Source: Deltaproteobacteria bacterium
Lineage (GTDB): Bacteria > Myxococcota_A > UBA9160 > SMWR01
Assembly (NCBI GenBank): GCA_032128115.1
Contig: JAQBHB010000022.1
Location: forward strand, 1-64,000
Length of the DNA stretch: 64,000 nucleotides
Reading direction: 5' to 3'
Numbering within the stretch: the stretch's first letter is position 1; every line of letters begins with the position of its first letter. The translations under genes were made by a program, and so were the position numbers. The notes under the pieces are model-generated. The model saw nothing but the letters and a program-made list of their open reading frames with translations, was not told where the DNA came from and did no database searches. This document shows positions 28,314 to 37,465 of the stretch, piece after piece.

Positions 28314-29690
28314 CTAGCGGCGGCGGGAGGCGGGGCGGGGATAGCCGGGCAGGGCGGGGCGGCGTCCGGGCGGGGCCTCTTCGCGTTTCTCACAGCGAAG
28401 GATCACCTCGCTGCCCAGGATCGTGCGGATCTCGACGACCCCGAAGCCCGCACCCGCCAGATCTCTCACCAGTCGGTGCCGGGTGAAGCGCGTGACGAAG
28501 GCCTCGCTGTTGGGAAGCAGGCGGCGATACAACCACTCGGCCGCGCGCCAGCGCAGACGCGAACTGTCGGGAGTTCCGATCACCAGGATGCCGCCCGGGC
28601 GCAGCACCCGGTTCAGTTCCGCGAACAGTCGCACGTCGTAGGGCAGGTACTCGATCACCTTGGAGACGATGGCAGCCCCGAGCGCGCCGTCGGCGATGGG
28701 GAGCCGGTGGATGCTGCCGCGCACCAGCAGCGGGTTCGTGGCGCGCAGAAAGCGGAGTTTCGCCGGATCCGGGTCGAGGCCGATGGCCGAGGGACTCGAC
28801 TGGGTGATGCGGCTCGATCCGCAGCCCACGTCCAGCCGCGGCGCGGCGTCGCCCACCATTCGGATTACGGTGCGGAAGCGCCGCCGCTGCCAGGGGCGTT
28901 GCGGCGAGAAGGGGCTGTCGAAGGCGCGCGCGTCCGAATCGGCGGCGGTGGACGCGTTGCGCATGCGCCACAGCCGCAGCAAGGTGCGCAGGAAGTGGGG
29001 CGTGAAGCTCACCACGTCCGCGTGGGACTCGCCCGCCACCCGCGGCGCGTAGTCGAACGGGATCTCCTGCACCCGCCAGCCCAGGCTGTAGATCTTGACG
29101 ACGATCTCTTCCAGGATGTCGTAAGCCTCGCTCTCCAGGGTGAGGGGCTCGAGCGCCCGGCGCTGGTAGATCCGGAAGCCACTGGACATGTCGCGCAGGG
29201 GCACCGACAGCACGCGGCGGTAGATGGTGTTCAGGGTGTGGCTCAGCAGGCGTTTGATCGAATTCATGTCGGCGCTGCCACCGGCTATGTAGCGCGACGC
29301 GATCACCACTTCGGCGTCGTCCCGGTGGTCGAGCAGCGTGGCGAGGGTCGCGGGCGGGTGCGACAGGTCGGCGTCCATGGTGACCACGTAGTCGCCGCCA
29401 CTGGCCAGCAGTCCCTCTTTGAGGGCGCCGCCGTATCCGGGACGCTTCTGCACCAGCACCCGGGCGCCTGCGGCCTTGGCGGGTGCCGCCGTTGGATCGT
29501 CGGGCGACGGCACCACCACCAGCACCTCGACCCGGTCGGCCCGGGGGTCGACGACCCGGTGGATTTCCGCCACCAGCTCGCGGATGGTTTCGCCCTCGTT
29601 CCAGGCCGGGATCACCACGGAGACAAATCCGGCCGAGCCGGTGGCGGGCGCTCGCGGGCGCGGCGGTATCAGGGACTCGGCGGGCGCCAT
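28314..29690 (-). CDS. Dpm1-like GT2 glycosyltransferase fused to a class I SAM methyltransferase domain
   Basis: SVVIPAWNE, GYGGAL, MDADLSHPP, VIASRY, DMSSGFR. Then LDVGCGS, GLD, LP, RVLRPGG. Confidence 0.9.
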   Translation of the reverse strand: MAPAESLIPPRPRAPATGSAGFVSVVIPAWNEGETIRELVAEIHRVVDPRADRVEVLVVVPSPDDPTAAPAKAAGARVLVQKRPGYGGALKEGLLASGGDYVVTMDADLSHPPATLATLLDHRDDAEVVIASRYIAGGSADMNSIKRLLSHTLNTIYRRVLSVPLRDMSSGFRIYQRRALEPLTLESEAYDILEEIVVKIYSLGWRVQEIPFDYAPRVAGESHADVVSFTPHFLRTLLRLWRMRNASTAADSDARAFDSPFSPQRPWQRRRFRTVIRMVGDAAPRLDVGCGSSRITQSSPSAIGLDPDPAKLRFLRATNPLLVRGSIHRLPIADGALGAAIVSKVIEYLPYDVRLFAELNRVLRPGGILVIGTPDSSRLRWRAAEWLYRRLLPNSEAFVTRFTRHRLVRDLAGAGFGVVEIRTILGSEVILRCEKREEAPPGRRPALPGYPRPASRRR

Positions 29691-29753
29691 ATCGCCAGCA
29701 TAGCCCGGAGCCCGAGTTGCTCATGGTGGGGGGCGAGCGACAATGGGCGACTC

Positions 29754-31088
29754 ATGCGAATCACGGCAAGACCCGGCACGGCGAGGGCAAGACCCGGCAC
29801 GGCGTGGGCAAGACTCGGACTGGCGATCCTGGCCGCGTGGGGCGGACTCGCGTGCGGCGGCGATCCGGGCGGGAAGCGTGTCCTGCTGGTGGGGATCGAT
29901 GGCGCCACGCTGCGAGTGGCCCGCCCGCTGATGGAGCAGGGTCGGCTCCCGCACCTGTCCGAATTGGCCGCCCAGGGTGTATTCGGTCCCCTGCGCTCGC
30001 AGATGCCCCTGGTCTCGCCGCGCATCTGGAACTCGATCGCCACGGGCAAGAAACCGGCGAAGCACGGCATCCTGAACTTCGCGTACCAGGCCGAAGGTGA
30101 GAAATTCCGCCGCCTCTACCTGAGCAGCGACCGCACCGCGCGCGCTCTCTGGAATATCGCCTCGGACGCAGGCCTTTCGGTGGGCGTGGTCAACTGGTGG
30201 AACACCTATCCGCCCGAGGCGATCAACGGCGTGGTGGTGTCGGACCACGTGGTTCCCAGCGAGATCCAGGGCCGCAAGCTCCTGTCCGGGGCGGAGGTTC
30301 CGCCGGGTCTCGGGCCCGTTACGTATCCGGCGGAATGGCGGGAACGCGTGGCCGAGGCGCTGTCAGATGGCGCCGCGCTCACGGGCATCGACGATCCGTT
30401 TGCCGGCGCGGCCGGCCTGCCGCATTGGAGTGAGCCGCAGCGTCTCTCCACGCACTACCGGGTGGACCAGACGGTGACGCGCATCGCCCTCGCGGTCGAG
30501 CGCGAGATTGCGCCGGACCTGCTGATGGTCTTCCTTCCCGGAATCGACCGGGTCTCCCACGTACTGTGGGGCGCACTCGAGCCCGAGAGCGTCGCCAGCA
30601 AGGCGCCGCCCTGGACCCCCGAGGAGCGCCAGAGCGCCGCCCTGGCCCTGCAGCGCTACTACGAGTTCACCGACGAACTGATCGGAAGGCTGATGGAGCG
30701 CTACGGAGACCAGGATCTCGTGATGGTGGTTTCCGATCACGGCTTCGAGTCCGGGAGCACGCTCGAGAACACCACCGGCATCCACGTCTCCAGCAAGGCA
30801 CTCCACGGTCTGTTCTTCGCGCGGGGCCGCGGAATCGGGCCAGCGACTGGGCCCCCGGTCCGGGTCCTGGACGTCACGCCCACGCTGCTGGCCTGGCTTG
30901 GGCTCGCCGTGGCGGCCGACATGGACGGTGTGGTGGCGCCGTTCCTGAACGGGATCGCGGTGCGGGAGATCGCGACCTACGAGGCTGCGCCGTCCGCGGC
31001 GCCGGAGTCTCTTCCGTCGGGGGCCGAGCAGGAGATCCTGAAGCAGCTCGAGGACCTGGGTTATTTCGAACAGAGCGACGGGTCCTGA
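29754..31088 (+). CDS. Alkaline phosphatase superfamily (phosphodiesterase/nucleotide pyrophosphatase-like) lipoprotein
   Basis: Lipobox-like GLAC; VLLVGIDGAT; SPRIWNSIATG; DRVSH; VVSDHGF; DVTPTLL; LEDLGY. Confidence 0.88.
   Translation: MRITARPGTARARPGTAWARLGLAILAAWGGLACGGDPGGKRVLLVGIDGATLRVARPLMEQGRLPHLSELAAQGVFGPLRSQMPLVSPRIWNSIATGKKPAKHGILNFAYQAEGEKFRRLYLSSDRTARALWNIASDAGLSVGVVNWWNTYPPEAINGVVVSDHVVPSEIQGRKLLSGAEVPPGLGPVTYPAEWRERVAEALSDGAALTGIDDPFAGAAGLPHWSEPQRLSTHYRVDQTVTRIALAVEREIAPDLLMVFLPGIDRVSHVLWGALEPESVASKAPPWTPEERQSAALALQRYYEFTDELIGRLMERYGDQDLVMVVSDHGFESGSTLENTTGIHVSSKALHGLFFARGRGIGPATGPPVRVLDVTPTLLAWLGLAVAADMDGVVAPFLNGIAVREIATYEAAPSAAPESLPSGAEQEILKQLEDLGYFEQSDGS
29765..29818 (+). 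repeat. 21-bp tandem repeat (about 2.6 copies) in the signal-peptide coding region
   Basis: ggcaagacccggcacggcgag / ggcaagacccggcacggcgtg / ggcaagactcgg. Confidence 0.85.
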
Positions 31089-31100
31089 GATGGAATCGGT

Positions 31101-32399
31101 CTACTCGGTATATCCCAGCAGCTTGAGTCGCGCCTCGTCTTCCGGAGAGAGATCTCGCGTTTCGTAGGGCGTCCGGGGCGAGAGGTCGCGGCCGAGTTCT
31201 TCCATGCGCGCCCGATGAGATGCGGCCAGCTCTGGGCGGCGCGCCGTCAGATTGCGCGTCTCGGTCGGGTCGTTGCGCAGGTCGAACAGGAACTGCTCGC
31301 CGTCGTCGCGGCGCAGCATGCTCTTGAAGGGCCCGTTCAGGTAGGTGCGATAGCGCCGCTCGGCGATGAACAGCTCCGGCTCCGCCGTCGGCGCCGCCGT
31401 CGGCTCCGCCGTCCGCGTCTGGACGCCGGCCACCTGCAGGATCAGCCGGTACAGGTCCTGGGTGCGCAGTGGCGCGTCCGGATCCGCGGCGATGGACGGC
31501 GACACCAACAGCGGGATCTCCAGGTGCTCCTGGAACGAGGGGTTGCCGTAGTGGCCCGGGTTTCCCCGCAAGGCGTGGCGTTCCTCCAGGCGCTCGCCGT
31601 GGTCGGCGGTGAAGATCACCACGGCGTCGTCCAGCAGGTGCTGTCCCCGCAGCGTGGACAGGAGCCGACCCACGGCGTCATCTACCACCCGGACGCTCCG
31701 GGCGTAGTTCTCGGCGTTGGATCCATAGTCGTGCACGTCCATGTAGTGGACGTACAGGAAGAAGTCGTCGCTCTCTCGCCGGTCGAGGGCGATGTTCACC
31801 GCCTTCTGGGTCTCCTTCCAGGATCGGGTGGGAGCGGGATTGTCCAGCGGCGCCCAGCCCTTCGCGCCAGCCGGCGCCCGGGCTCCCACCTCGGTCCAGT
31901 CGTCGAATCCGCGCCCGAATCCCGAGGGCTCGAACAGGAACTGGTTCGATGCCACCCCGATCGTCCAATAGCCCGCTTCGCGCAGACTCTCGGCCAGGGT
32001 GGGCACACTGCGCGGGATGCACAGGTCGCTTGCCTCGGCGAGCCGCGCCAGACCGCACCAGGTGTTGCTGTTCCAGGTGACCGTCTGCTTCGGGTCCCCC
32101 GACTCGAGGCTCGGTGTCATCCCCGTGAAGAGTGACGCCATGGACATGGTGGTCTGGTGAAACGATGCCAGCAGGTTGGGAAACACCTGGCCGTTCGCAG
32201 CGATGCCGTCGATGTTCGGTGTGGGTGTCGCGCCGCCGTAGGCCGACACGTGATCTCGCCGCAGCGTGTCCACCACGATCAGGATCACGCGTTGCGGTGG
32301 CCCTGGGGCGCCCCGGAACACCCACACGAGGGTTCCGGCGGCTCCGAGGACGGCCACCGCAAGCGCAAGGCGCGCGAGGGTCTTGTTCGCAGCTCGCAT
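31101..32399 (-). CDS. Sulfatase-fold protein (Thr at the nucleophile position)
   Basis: ILIVVDTLRRDH, TPNID, TTMSMASLFTG, HYMDVH, TADHGE, LFDLRNDPTE, RLKLLGY. Confidence 0.88.
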   Translation of the reverse strand: MRAANKTLARLALAVAVLGAAGTLVWVFRGAPGPPQRVILIVVDTLRRDHVSAYGGATPTPNIDGIAANGQVFPNLLASFHQTTMSMASLFTGMTPSLESGDPKQTVTWNSNTWCGLARLAEASDLCIPRSVPTLAESLREAGYWTIGVASNQFLFEPSGFGRGFDDWTEVGARAPAGAKGWAPLDNPAPTRSWKETQKAVNIALDRRESDDFFLYVHYMDVHDYGSNAENYARSVRVVDDAVGRLLSTLRGQHLLDDAVVIFTADHGERLEERHALRGNPGHYGNPSFQEHLEIPLLVSPSIAADPDAPLRTQDLYRLILQVAGVQTRTAEPTAAPTAEPELFIAERRYRTYLNGPFKSMLRRDDGEQFLFDLRNDPTETRNLTARRPELAASHRARMEELGRDLSPRTPYETRDLSPEDEARLKLLGYTE

Positions 32400-32494
32400 G
32401 GAACTCAGGAATTCTCCGGTGGGCGTTCGCCGGCTTCGCGGGTGCGCAGAGAATATCGCCGCCGCGCGTGTGGGTATGGTAGGGTTTTGGCCTC

Positions 32495-33379
32495 ATGTTG
32501 CGAAGTCCCGAGAGGGCATCCGATCCGCTCGGATCCTTCGACCCCATCCTCGATTATTCCCTGTGGAGCCAGAAGATAGAGGCCATGGTGCGCCCTTGTG
32601 CGGAAGCGCAGCCGTTTCCGCACGCGGTGTTGCGCGACCTGCTGGCGCCCGAACGGGTCAAGCAGCTCGAGGTGGACGTGCCAGATCCGAAGGAGGGTGG
32701 CTGGACCCACTACAAGCACTTCAACGAGCGCAAGCAGGGCAAGAGCCGACGCGAAGAGTTGCCGGCCAGCCTGCTGCGCGTGATCGACGAACTCAACGGC
32801 GAGCGCTTTCGCGGCCTGCTTTCGAAGCTCACGGGCGTCGAGAACCTGCTGGCGGATTCCGAGTTCCGGGCTGGGGGCGGACTCAGCATCTGTGAACGGG
32901 GCGGATTCCTGAACATCCACACCGACTTCACCGTGCACCCCTACCACGAGAACTGGCGCCGGCGCGTGAACCTGATCTTCTACCTGAACCACGGTTGGGA
33001 CGAGTCGTGGGGCGGCCACACGGAACTCTGGGACGACGAGATGCGCGAATGCGTGGTGCGCGTTGCACCCCATGCGAACACAGCGCTGGTGTTCCGCACC
33101 GACGTGCCGTCGTATCACGGCCACCCGGAGCCCATGACCTGCCCGGAAGGGGTGGCCCGCAAGACGCTCGCGCTCTACTACTTCACCCAGGAGGAGGCGC
33201 CCGTCTCCGTCGCAACCGATTACGTTTCACGGCCTACGGACGGGATCTTCGTGAAGGTTCTCATCCGTCTGGACCGGCTGCTGCTTCGCGTCTACCACGC
33301 GCTGAAGCGGCGCATCGGCCTGAGCGACAAATGGGCCAGTCGCATCCTCTCGTTCCTGGAAAAGATCTCACCGAGATAG
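32495..33379 (+). CDS. 2-oxoglutarate/Fe(II) oxygenase
   Basis: AQPFPH, GGGL, FLNIHTDF (HxD), RRVNLIFYLN, WGGHTELW, SYHGHP, RKTLALYY. Confidence 0.88.
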   Translation: MLRSPERASDPLGSFDPILDYSLWSQKIEAMVRPCAEAQPFPHAVLRDLLAPERVKQLEVDVPDPKEGGWTHYKHFNERKQGKSRREELPASLLRVIDELNGERFRGLLSKLTGVENLLADSEFRAGGGLSICERGGFLNIHTDFTVHPYHENWRRRVNLIFYLNHGWDESWGGHTELWDDEMRECVVRVAPHANTALVFRTDVPSYHGHPEPMTCPEGVARKTLALYYFTQEEAPVSVATDYVSRPTDGIFVKVLIRLDRLLLRVYHALKRRIGLSDKWASRILSFLEKISPR

Positions 33380-33416
33380 TTTTCGGCCTGTTCGATTCCT
33401 TCCGGTTGGAGGCACG

Positions 33417-35423
33417 GTGTCGAGTCGCGCGGGTGTCGCCGCCGCCTGGGTCGTGGCCTTGGGGCTCGCGCTGGCGGTGCGGGTCTGGAATGCCCTGACC
33501 GGCTCGCTCATGTGGGGCTACGACGCGTGGGGCCACGTGGCCTACGTGTTCTTCCTCGACCTCTACCATGCCGTGCCGTGGGCGGACCAGGGCTGGTCCT
33601 ACTTCCATCCTCCCCTGCACTACGGCTTTGGCTGGGCCCTCGCCCAGCTGGGCAGCGCCGAGGCCCTGGTGCGCGGACTCTCCCTGGTGGGAAGCGCCGC
33701 CAGCCTGGGGACTGCGGCGCTGGCGGCCTGGGTGGTGCGCGTCACGGCGCCAGAGCGGCCGGGTCTCGCCCTGTTGGGATTCTGCGCCGTGGCCTTCCTG
33801 CCCGTGCACATCTTCGTGAGTCCCATGCCCGGCAACGAGATGACTTCATGCTTCCTGTCGGCGGCAGCTCTTGCGGCCTTCGTGGCCAACGAGCGGCGAC
33901 CGGATCCGGGTCTCTGGGGCGATGCCATCACGGGCGCGTGTGTCGGGCTCTCGCTTCTCACGAAGTTCACGGGGCTGGTGGTCCTGGGGGCCGTGGCTGG
34001 CGCCCTGGGACTGCGCTTCCTGCTGGCCGACGATCGCCGCCACGAGTTCCGGCGCGTGAAGGTGCGCGGTCTGGTGCTGGCGGGTATGGCGCTGCTGGTG
34101 GCGTCTCCCTATTACGCACGCAATCTCCGCACCTACGGGGGACCGTTCCAGAAGAGTTCCGACTTCAGTCTGGTGGCAGAGGTGGAACGCGATCAGCCTC
34201 CCGGAATTCGCACCTGGCGCGACTACGTAAACCTGTCGCCAAAACTCTTCGTGGATCCGAATCCCCTGGCGCCTCACCTGATCCACTCGGTATGGGGAAC
34301 CCTCTACCTGAGCACGTGGGCGGAGATCTTTCGCGAATCGGATCGGGAGCGAGCGCTGGAGGCCGAGCGAATCGTGCGCCCGTCCACCACGCTGATCGCG
34401 ATCCTGGGTCTGCTGCCCACGGCCCTGGCTTTCTGGGGATCGGGGCTCGCGATGCGCGACCATGTCCGCGGTCGGCGTCGCGCCGTGTACGGGACCATGC
34501 TCGCGACGTGGGTCCTGGGCCTGGTCGCCATGATCCTCTACGCCTTTGTGGTCCCACGCTGGCCCGCGGTGAAGGCCGCCTACCTGTTCGTCCTGTCGCT
34601 CCCATTCGCCGTGTTCCTTTCGCGGGGTGTCGAGGCGTTGGACTCGCGCGGCAGGGCCGTTCGCGTGGCGGTGCTCGTGGCCCTGGCTGCCATCGCCAGT
34701 GTGTCGGCCGCCATCAACACGTCGGGACTCGTGGTGCCTCGACGCCTGGCCAGTCCGGCCATGGGAGCCGTCTGGTACTACTTCGGCGAGTACGAGCCGG
34801 CGCGCAGACTCTATGTACGCCTGGTGGGTTCGTCGCGTTATCCGGTGGCCTGGCTCGACAATCTGGCGGCGGTCGAACTGGGCGATGGCCACCCGGAACG
34901 CGCCCGTCGCTTCTACGCCCGAGCGGTGGAGCTTGGGCGCGACGCCGGGCGCCACGACGCGTACCGACAAGGTCAGCTGGCCGCCAGCCTGGCTCTGGAC
35001 GGAGATCTCGAAGCGGCGATGGAAGAGCTCGATGCACTGTTGGCCGTGGAGATGCTTCCGGAGCCGCTCGCCAACCGCGGCGCCATCCGCGCGATCAAGG
35101 GAGATCTGGCCGCGGCGGAAGTCGATCTGCGCGCGGCCCTGGCGCTCGACCCCGAACAGGTTCCCGCCTGGATCAATCTGGCTCACGTGATGGAGCGATC
35201 GGGTCAGGCCGATTCCGCCCGACACGTCTGGCAACGCGCCGGTGAACAGGCGTGCCGACCGCCGCGCGGCTATCCCCATGGCGTTGGGACCGGCGAGGTC
35301 CTCGACTGGGGAGTCGGCCGGCGCCTGCAACTGGCGATCGACGGCGATTCTCTCGAGGCGGTGCTTCCCGCCGACAGCCGCGAGGCCTGTCGCCGCTTCG
35401 GAACCCCCGGCGAGCCGCGCTGA
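33417..35423 (+). CDS. GT39-like GT-C glycosyltransferase with C-terminal TPRs (copy 1)
   Basis: GYDAWGH, HPPLHY, GLSLLTKF, YYARN; TPR motifs (LANRGAI...AALALDPEQVPAWINLA). Confidence 0.85.
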   Translation: MSSRAGVAAAWVVALGLALAVRVWNALTGSLMWGYDAWGHVAYVFFLDLYHAVPWADQGWSYFHPPLHYGFGWALAQLGSAEALVRGLSLVGSAASLGTAALAAWVVRVTAPERPGLALLGFCAVAFLPVHIFVSPMPGNEMTSCFLSAAALAAFVANERRPDPGLWGDAITGACVGLSLLTKFTGLVVLGAVAGALGLRFLLADDRRHEFRRVKVRGLVLAGMALLVASPYYARNLRTYGGPFQKSSDFSLVAEVERDQPPGIRTWRDYVNLSPKLFVDPNPLAPHLIHSVWGTLYLSTWAEIFRESDRERALEAERIVRPSTTLIAILGLLPTALAFWGSGLAMRDHVRGRRRAVYGTMLATWVLGLVAMILYAFVVPRWPAVKAAYLFVLSLPFAVFLSRGVEALDSRGRAVRVAVLVALAAIASVSAAINTSGLVVPRRLASPAMGAVWYYFGEYEPARRLYVRLVGSSRYPVAWLDNLAAVELGDGHPERARRFYARAVELGRDAGRHDAYRQGQLAASLALDGDLEAAMEELDALLAVEMLPEPLANRGAIRAIKGDLAAAEVDLRAALALDPEQVPAWINLAHVMERSGQADSARHVWQRAGEQACRPPRGYPHGVGTGEVLDWGVGRRLQLAIDGDSLEAVLPADSREACRRFGTPGEPR

Positions 35424-37465
35424 TGGGGGGGTGGATGGGACGCGGGCTGGCGGCGGCCTGGGCGCTCTCGGTCGGGGGGGCAGTGGGCGTTCGGCTCTGG
35501 TGCGCGCTCGCCGGGCCGCGCATGTGGGGCTACGACGCCTGGGGCCACGTGGCCTACGTGTTCTTCCTGGATCTCTACGGCGGGGTGCCCCGGGCGGATC
35601 AGGGCTGGTCGTACTTCCACCCGCCGCTTCACTACGCGCTCGGATGGCTTCTCGCCCAGGCGGGAAGCGGCGATGTGCTGATGCGCGGCCTGGCCCTGGT
35701 GGGCGGCGCCGCGAGCCTGGGCACCGCAGCCCTGGCGGCTCGCGTGTCGGCGTGGGCCGCGCCCGACCGGCCGGGGCTGGCGTGGCTGGCCTTCACGTCG
35801 CTGGCCTTCCTGCCGGTGCACCTGTTCATGAGCCCCATGCCGGGCAACGCCCTGAGTGAAGTGTTCCTCACCGCCGCCGCGGTAACCGCCTTCATCGCGA
35901 ACGAGCGTCGCGCGAATCCGACGTTGACCGCCGCGGCCGGCTGCGGCCTGCTGGTGGGTCTCGCCCTCCTGACGAAGTTTGGCGGACTCCTGGCGATGGT
36001 CGCGGTGGGGGTCGGGCTCGCGATGCGGCCGCTGCTGCGCGCCACCCGGAGCGATTGGGCAGCGAGCGCCGCGCTGCGGGGTGTGATTGTCGCGGGGGTC
36101 GCCCTGGCCCTCTCGGCCCCGTACTACGTGCGCAACCTGGGCGACTTCGGCGCTCCGTTCGTGTTGAGTCGCGACTTCGCCCTGGTGGCGGGCGTCGAGC
36201 GCGGGCAAGGGCCCGGCTATCGGACCTGGCGCGACTACGTGGAGATTCCCGCCGCGCTCCTCGAAGACGCGAGTCCGCGCGCACCGCATATGCTGCACTC
36301 GGTCTGGGGTACGGTGTACGTGAACGTGTGGGCCGACAACTTTCGCGAGACCGACGTGATCGCGTCGCCCGCCGAGCAACACACCGAGCGGCGCTGGTGG
36401 TCGCTGATGGCGCTCCTGGGTCTGGTTCCCACGGCCCTGTTCCTGGGCGGCGCCGGGCTCGCCGCGCGCGACGTGTGGCGGGGGCACAGGCGCCCTGTCT
36501 ACATCCCGGTTCTGGTCCTGATGGCCGGTGGGGTCGCTGGCTTCGTGGCTTTCACGTGGGTGATGCCCCGCTGGCCGGGGCTCAAGTCGTCCTACCTGCT
36601 GGCCCTGTCGCTCCCGTACGGTGTCTTCCTGGCCCGCGGGGCCGAGGTCTTCGCCCGTGGTTGGCCGCGCGTGGCGGTGGCTGCGGGTGTGGCGGTGGTG
36701 TCTGCGGTGGCCGCGTGGGGTGTGATCCCCGGCGCCGTGCTTCCGATCCGAGCCGATGCGCCAGCCACCGGCAGCGTGCACTTCCAGTTCGGGGAATACG
36801 AGGACGCGCGTCGGCTCTACACGCGTCTGGTCGCCGGTGCACCCGGGGCGCTGCCCTGGGTCGAGAACCTGGCGGCGGTGGAGCTGGCCGATGGGAACCC
36901 GAGCGCGGCTCGCCTGCTGTACGCGCGCGCGGTCGCCGGCGCGGCGCGCGCGCGCATCGAGGATCCGTATCGAGACGGGCGCCTGGCCGTGGCGATGGCC
37001 CTGGACGGCGACCTGGAGGCGGCGCGGGCGATCCTTTACGACGTGTCGATCGGCCCGCTCCCGCCGGAGCTGCTGGCCAATCGGGGAGCCCTGCACGCCG
37101 TCCTGGGGCATTTCGCCAGCGCCGAAGTCGACCTGCGCGACGCGCTGGCCGCCGAGCCCGAGCTGCTGGCGGCACAGCGAAATCTTGCGCTGGTGCTGGA
37201 GGCGCAAGGCCGCCTGGAGCAGGCCGCCACGGCTCGCGACCGAGCCGTGCAGATCGCCTGTGGCTCGCCCCGCCGCTACCCCCACGGACTCGGCACCGGC
37301 GAGATCCTCGAGTGGGGCGTGGGCCGGCGCTGGCTGCTGCTGCTCGACGGCCGGAATCTGCGCGCGGCCCTGCCGGCCTTCTATCGTGAAGCGTGCCGGG
37401 AGCTTGCGGGCGACGACTGGCGTCGGCTCGCGCCCGGCACGTTCGCGCCGGCGGGGGCCACGTGA
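35423..37465 (+). CDS. GT39-like GT-C glycosyltransferase with C-terminal TPRs (copy 2, tandem paralog)
   Basis: Colinear with 33417-35423 over its full length; TGATG coupling at 35421-35425. Confidence 0.85.
   Translation: MGGWMGRGLAAAWALSVGGAVGVRLWCALAGPRMWGYDAWGHVAYVFFLDLYGGVPRADQGWSYFHPPLHYALGWLLAQAGSGDVLMRGLALVGGAASLGTAALAARVSAWAAPDRPGLAWLAFTSLAFLPVHLFMSPMPGNALSEVFLTAAAVTAFIANERRANPTLTAAAGCGLLVGLALLTKFGGLLAMVAVGVGLAMRPLLRATRSDWAASAALRGVIVAGVALALSAPYYVRNLGDFGAPFVLSRDFALVAGVERGQGPGYRTWRDYVEIPAALLEDASPRAPHMLHSVWGTVYVNVWADNFRETDVIASPAEQHTERRWWSLMALLGLVPTALFLGGAGLAARDVWRGHRRPVYIPVLVLMAGGVAGFVAFTWVMPRWPGLKSSYLLALSLPYGVFLARGAEVFARGWPRVAVAAGVAVVSAVAAWGVIPGAVLPIRADAPATGSVHFQFGEYEDARRLYTRLVAGAPGALPWVENLAAVELADGNPSAARLLYARAVAGAARARIEDPYRDGRLAVAMALDGDLEAARAILYDVSIGPLPPELLANRGALHAVLGHFASAEVDLRDALAAEPELLAAQRNLALVLEAQGRLEQAATARDRAVQIACGSPRRYPHGLGTGEILEWGVGRRWLLLLDGRNLRAALPAFYREACRELAGDDWRRLAPGTFAPAGAT

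Noticed and set aside
27420..29753. 1222-aa ORF as one protein (likewise the extended ORFs 7164-10268, 43931-46501, 45208-47844)
   Set aside because: The N-terminal extensions overlap other real genes and lack motifs; starts were reassigned to signal peptides or coupled stop/start overlaps.
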